Origin: a virus
Taxonomy: Duplodnaviria > Caudoviricetes
IMG/VR virus record: IMGVR_UViG_2698536598_000002
Coordinates: 2,385-66,384 of that record
Reading direction: 5' to 3' (one strand)
Length of the DNA: 64,000 nucleotides
The position numbers and the translations under genes were made by a program. A model generated the notes under the pieces. The model saw only the letters and a program-made list of their open reading frames with translations, did no database searches and was not told where the DNA came from. Below, in pieces: positions 61,875 through 64,000 of this stretch (position 1 is its first letter; the number at the start of each line of letters is the position of its first letter).

Positions 61875-62692
61875 GCGGCTGTCTCCAGGGCGTATTGGGG
61901 GTGGTCGCGGAAGGCGTGTTCGATGTACGACTTGTCGACTCCGAGGCGTTCGGCGGCGGCGACCTTGTCGAGGCCTGAGCGCATGAGCCAGTGGGCGTCC
62001 TGGGCGACGATCTCCCTGCGTGTCACGCCGTAGAGGGGTTCGAAGTGGGGGTCGTCGATGTCGTCGGCGTGCTGGTCCCAGTAGTGCGGGGTGGGCCAGC
62101 GGTTGGCCTTGGCCCGGTTTAGGGAGCGGCGGGCGTGGCCGGCTTGGACGCCGTGCTTCTCCGGTTTGCATTGGCGGAGTTCGCCGTATGCGGTGACGAT
62201 CTTTTCGGCGTAGCTGGCGAGGATGATCGTGTCGGGCCGGAGGTCGACGACCCACCGGTTGGAGACACCCGCGTGTGCGGCGATCTTGCGGGCGGGCCAG
62301 CCGATGGCGACGAGGGCCTGGATGCGGCGCATCGTGCCGATCGTTGTGACCGGCCGTACCGCGAGGATCTTTGCGGCGGTTTCGGGTGTGGTCTGCCGCT
62401 GGAGTCCCCGCCTGGCGGACGGGCGCGGGCGGAGGAAGTTGCCGATGCTGGTGTGGGCGAGTCCCGCTTGGCGGGCGATGCAGGTGAGGCTGAGTCCGGC
62501 TTCCTGCAGGTCGAGGATGTGCTGCCGGACGGGGGCGGCGTCGACGAGGACGCGGGCGGGTTGGGCGAGTCCGGCTCGGATGGCGCGGCGGCGGGCGTTG
62601 AACCGGTCCCGGCATTCGGGGAGCTTGCAGGAGTACCACTGCACGCACACGGTGTTGTCGTGGTGGGGCGGCTGGCGGTCGGCGGTGGTCAC
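61871..62692 (-). CDS. HTH-containing phage protein
   Basis: VRQHILDL...GLS...IA; GTMRRIQALVAIGWP; C-terminal AAERLGV. Confidence 0.75.
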   Translation of the reverse strand: MTTADRQPPHHDNTVCVQWYSCKLPECRDRFNARRRAIRAGLAQPARVLVDAAPVRQHILDLQEAGLSLTCIARQAGLAHTSIGNFLRPRPSARRGLQRQTTPETAAKILAVRPVTTIGTMRRIQALVAIGWPARKIAAHAGVSNRWVVDLRPDTIILASYAEKIVTAYGELRQCKPEKHGVQAGHARRSLNRAKANRWPTPHYWDQHADDIDDPHFEPLYGVTRREIVAQDAHWLMRSGLDKVAAAERLGVDKSYIEHAFRDHPQYALETAA

Positions 62693-62883
62693 GGCTGCGG
62701 GTTCTCCTTCCGGCTGGTGGTGGGTTGTGCGGCGATGCGGCGGCAGGTCCACAGGTCGGTGGTGTCGGTGGGCGGCAGGTTGTCGGCCGCGGCGGGGAGA
62801 TGGCGGCGCTCGCGCCATGCGGTGCGGGCGGCCATCACGGCGCCGTCGGCGATCCATGCGGCGGCCAGGTAGAGGAGGGCCAT
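62689..62883 (-). CDS. Small hypothetical protein
   Basis: Coupled ORF. Confidence 0.55.
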   Translation of the reverse strand: MALLYLAAAWIADGAVMAARTAWRERRHLPAAADNLPPTDTTDLWTCRRIAAQPTTSRKENPQP

Positions 62884-63260
62884 CACGCCGCGGCCTGCTT
62901 CCGCTGCTCGGCGCGGTCGTTGCGGCGGTCTTCGAGGAACTTCCGGCCCTCGGCGGTGAGGAGGTACAGGTACACCGGCTTGCCGTGTGCCTTCGGGTTC
63001 ACCGACGGTTCGTCGCCCACCTTGAGCAGCACTCGGGGGTGGCTGCGGCGGACGAGGCCGGAGAAGTACAGGCCTGCGGCGCCACGCCCCATGTCGGGGA
63101 CGATCGCCCACAGGTCGTTGGCACTGAAGGGCCGGTTGCCGCCTGCGATGGCGAGGACGGCCTGGTCGAGGACGGCCTCGTTCCAGTCGGTGACGGTCGC
63201 GTACAGGGCGGCGAGCATCTGGTTGGCGTCGACGCGGGCCTGCTCGGGAGTCTTGGTCAT
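62883..63260 (-). CDS. Hypothetical protein
   Basis: 125 aa. Confidence 0.7.
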   Translation of the reverse strand: MTKTPEQARVDANQMLAALYATVTDWNEAVLDQAVLAIAGGNRPFSANDLWAIVPDMGRGAAGLYFSGLVRRSHPRVLLKVGDEPSVNPKAHGKPVYLYLLTAEGRKFLEDRRNDRAEQRKQAAA

Positions 63261-63326
63261 GGCGTGTGATCTCCTTGAGAGGACGGGCGCCCGCCTGTTT
63301 GCGGCGGGCGGGAGCCCGGAAGGCGG

Positions 63327-64000
63327 TTACTGGGTGCTGCCGGTGCCGAGTTCGGGGCGCTGGGGTTCGCTGAGGTACTCGGGCGGGACGTCGATGGCGT
63401 CGGGCTGCCAGTCGGTGCGGACCGTGCCGTCGTGGGCCATGGCGCGGGCCAGCTCGGCGCTCTTCGGCAGGGCCTTGAAGTGGTTCCGCAGAACGGTCTT
63501 CTTGGCCATCTCGTCGTAGCTGTTTCGCCAGGCGGGGCTGTTCTTCGAGGGCAACTTCTCGCGGCGCTCCTCGATCTCCGCCGGGTACATGACCTTGAAG
63601 GTCCGGCCGCCATTGATCAGGCGGGCTACGGAGTAGTAGGCGATCGCCTTTCCGCGGGGCCCTGTCTTGCAGGGGCGGTGGACGAGCTTCTCCTCGAGGC
63701 CTTCTTCGTGCTCGAAGTAGTCGTTCTCGCGGACCGTCTCGACCTTCACCGATGACGCCATCGGGTGCTGGTAGAAGAGGGTGACCATGCCCTGGTAGCC
63801 GAGCTGGAATGTGGCCTCCCCCTTGTAGGGGACGATGAACGCCTCCTGCGTCGGGGAGCCCGGTTCGAAGCCCAGCTGCGAGCAGGTCATCAGCGCGCCG
63901 AGGAACGACTCGCCGGAGCAGGTGGCGAGGTCCGGGTTCTTGCGGATCAGCGTCAGTGCGATGCGGGCCATGCGGTCCGCGTCCATGTGCTTGGGCAGGG
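63327..64000 (-). CDS. recT: RecT-family single-strand annealing protein (5' end outside the window)
   Basis: SFLGALM.CSQLG.EP....AFIVPY...ATFQLGYQG...V.END.F...EMAKKTV. Confidence 0.93.
   Translation of the reverse strand, partial: LPKHMDADRMARIALTLIRKNPDLATCSGESFLGALMTCSQLGFEPGSPTQEAFIVPYKGEATFQLGYQGMVTLFYQHPMASSVKVETVRENDYFEHEEGLEEKLVHRPCKTGPRGKAIAYYSVARLINGGRTFKVMYPAEIEERREKLPSKNSPAWRNSYDEMAKKTVLRNHFKALPKSAELARAMAHDGTVRTDWQPDAIDVPPEYLSEPQRPELGTGSTQ

Larger units (their letters stand above)
1..64000 (-). mobile_element. Siphovirus-type actinobacteriophage (prophage or episomal phage genome), partial
   Basis: Co-oriented terminase-portal-scaffold-capsid-tail-tape measure-lysin block and RecT/DnaB/DnaC/initiator block; both window ends fall inside phage early genes. 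Confidence 0.96.

Overview
The whole window is one high-GC, long-tailed (siphovirus-type) actinobacteriophage genome, Streptomyces-like by gene content and almost all on the minus strand. Read from 64000 towards 1, it contains: RecT (cut by the window edge), a C5 DNA methyltransferase, a GIY-YIG nuclease, a replication initiator with internal tandem repeats, a DnaC-like loader, DnaB and many small early genes. Next come a toxin-antitoxin pair and an accessory island (46.4-51.4 kb), then a UTRA + GntR regulator pair divergent from a plasmid-type conjugation module: small-gene array, 4-TM Spd-like protein, FtsK/TraB-like translocase and a 150-bp palindromic repeat locus. A Thg1-like 3'-5' polymerase and a hairpin-rich leader follow. 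The late region opens with fibre/lectin-like genes plus GT2, a methyltransferase and an NDP-sugar epimerase, then HNH, terminase, portal, capsid genes with a GT4 coupled to the major capsid gene, tail genes and an amidase endolysin. After the endolysin an apparent deletion junction leads into a cro-like remnant, an excisionase-like gene and an antirepressor. No integrase, CI-type repressor, holin, tRNA or CRISPR array was recognised. The two strongest leads are (1) a TraB/Spd/clt-type conjugative transfer system inside a complete phage genome and (2) a split, phage-encoded glycosylation pathway that probably modifies the virion. All family calls come from motifs read by eye; no database search was run.
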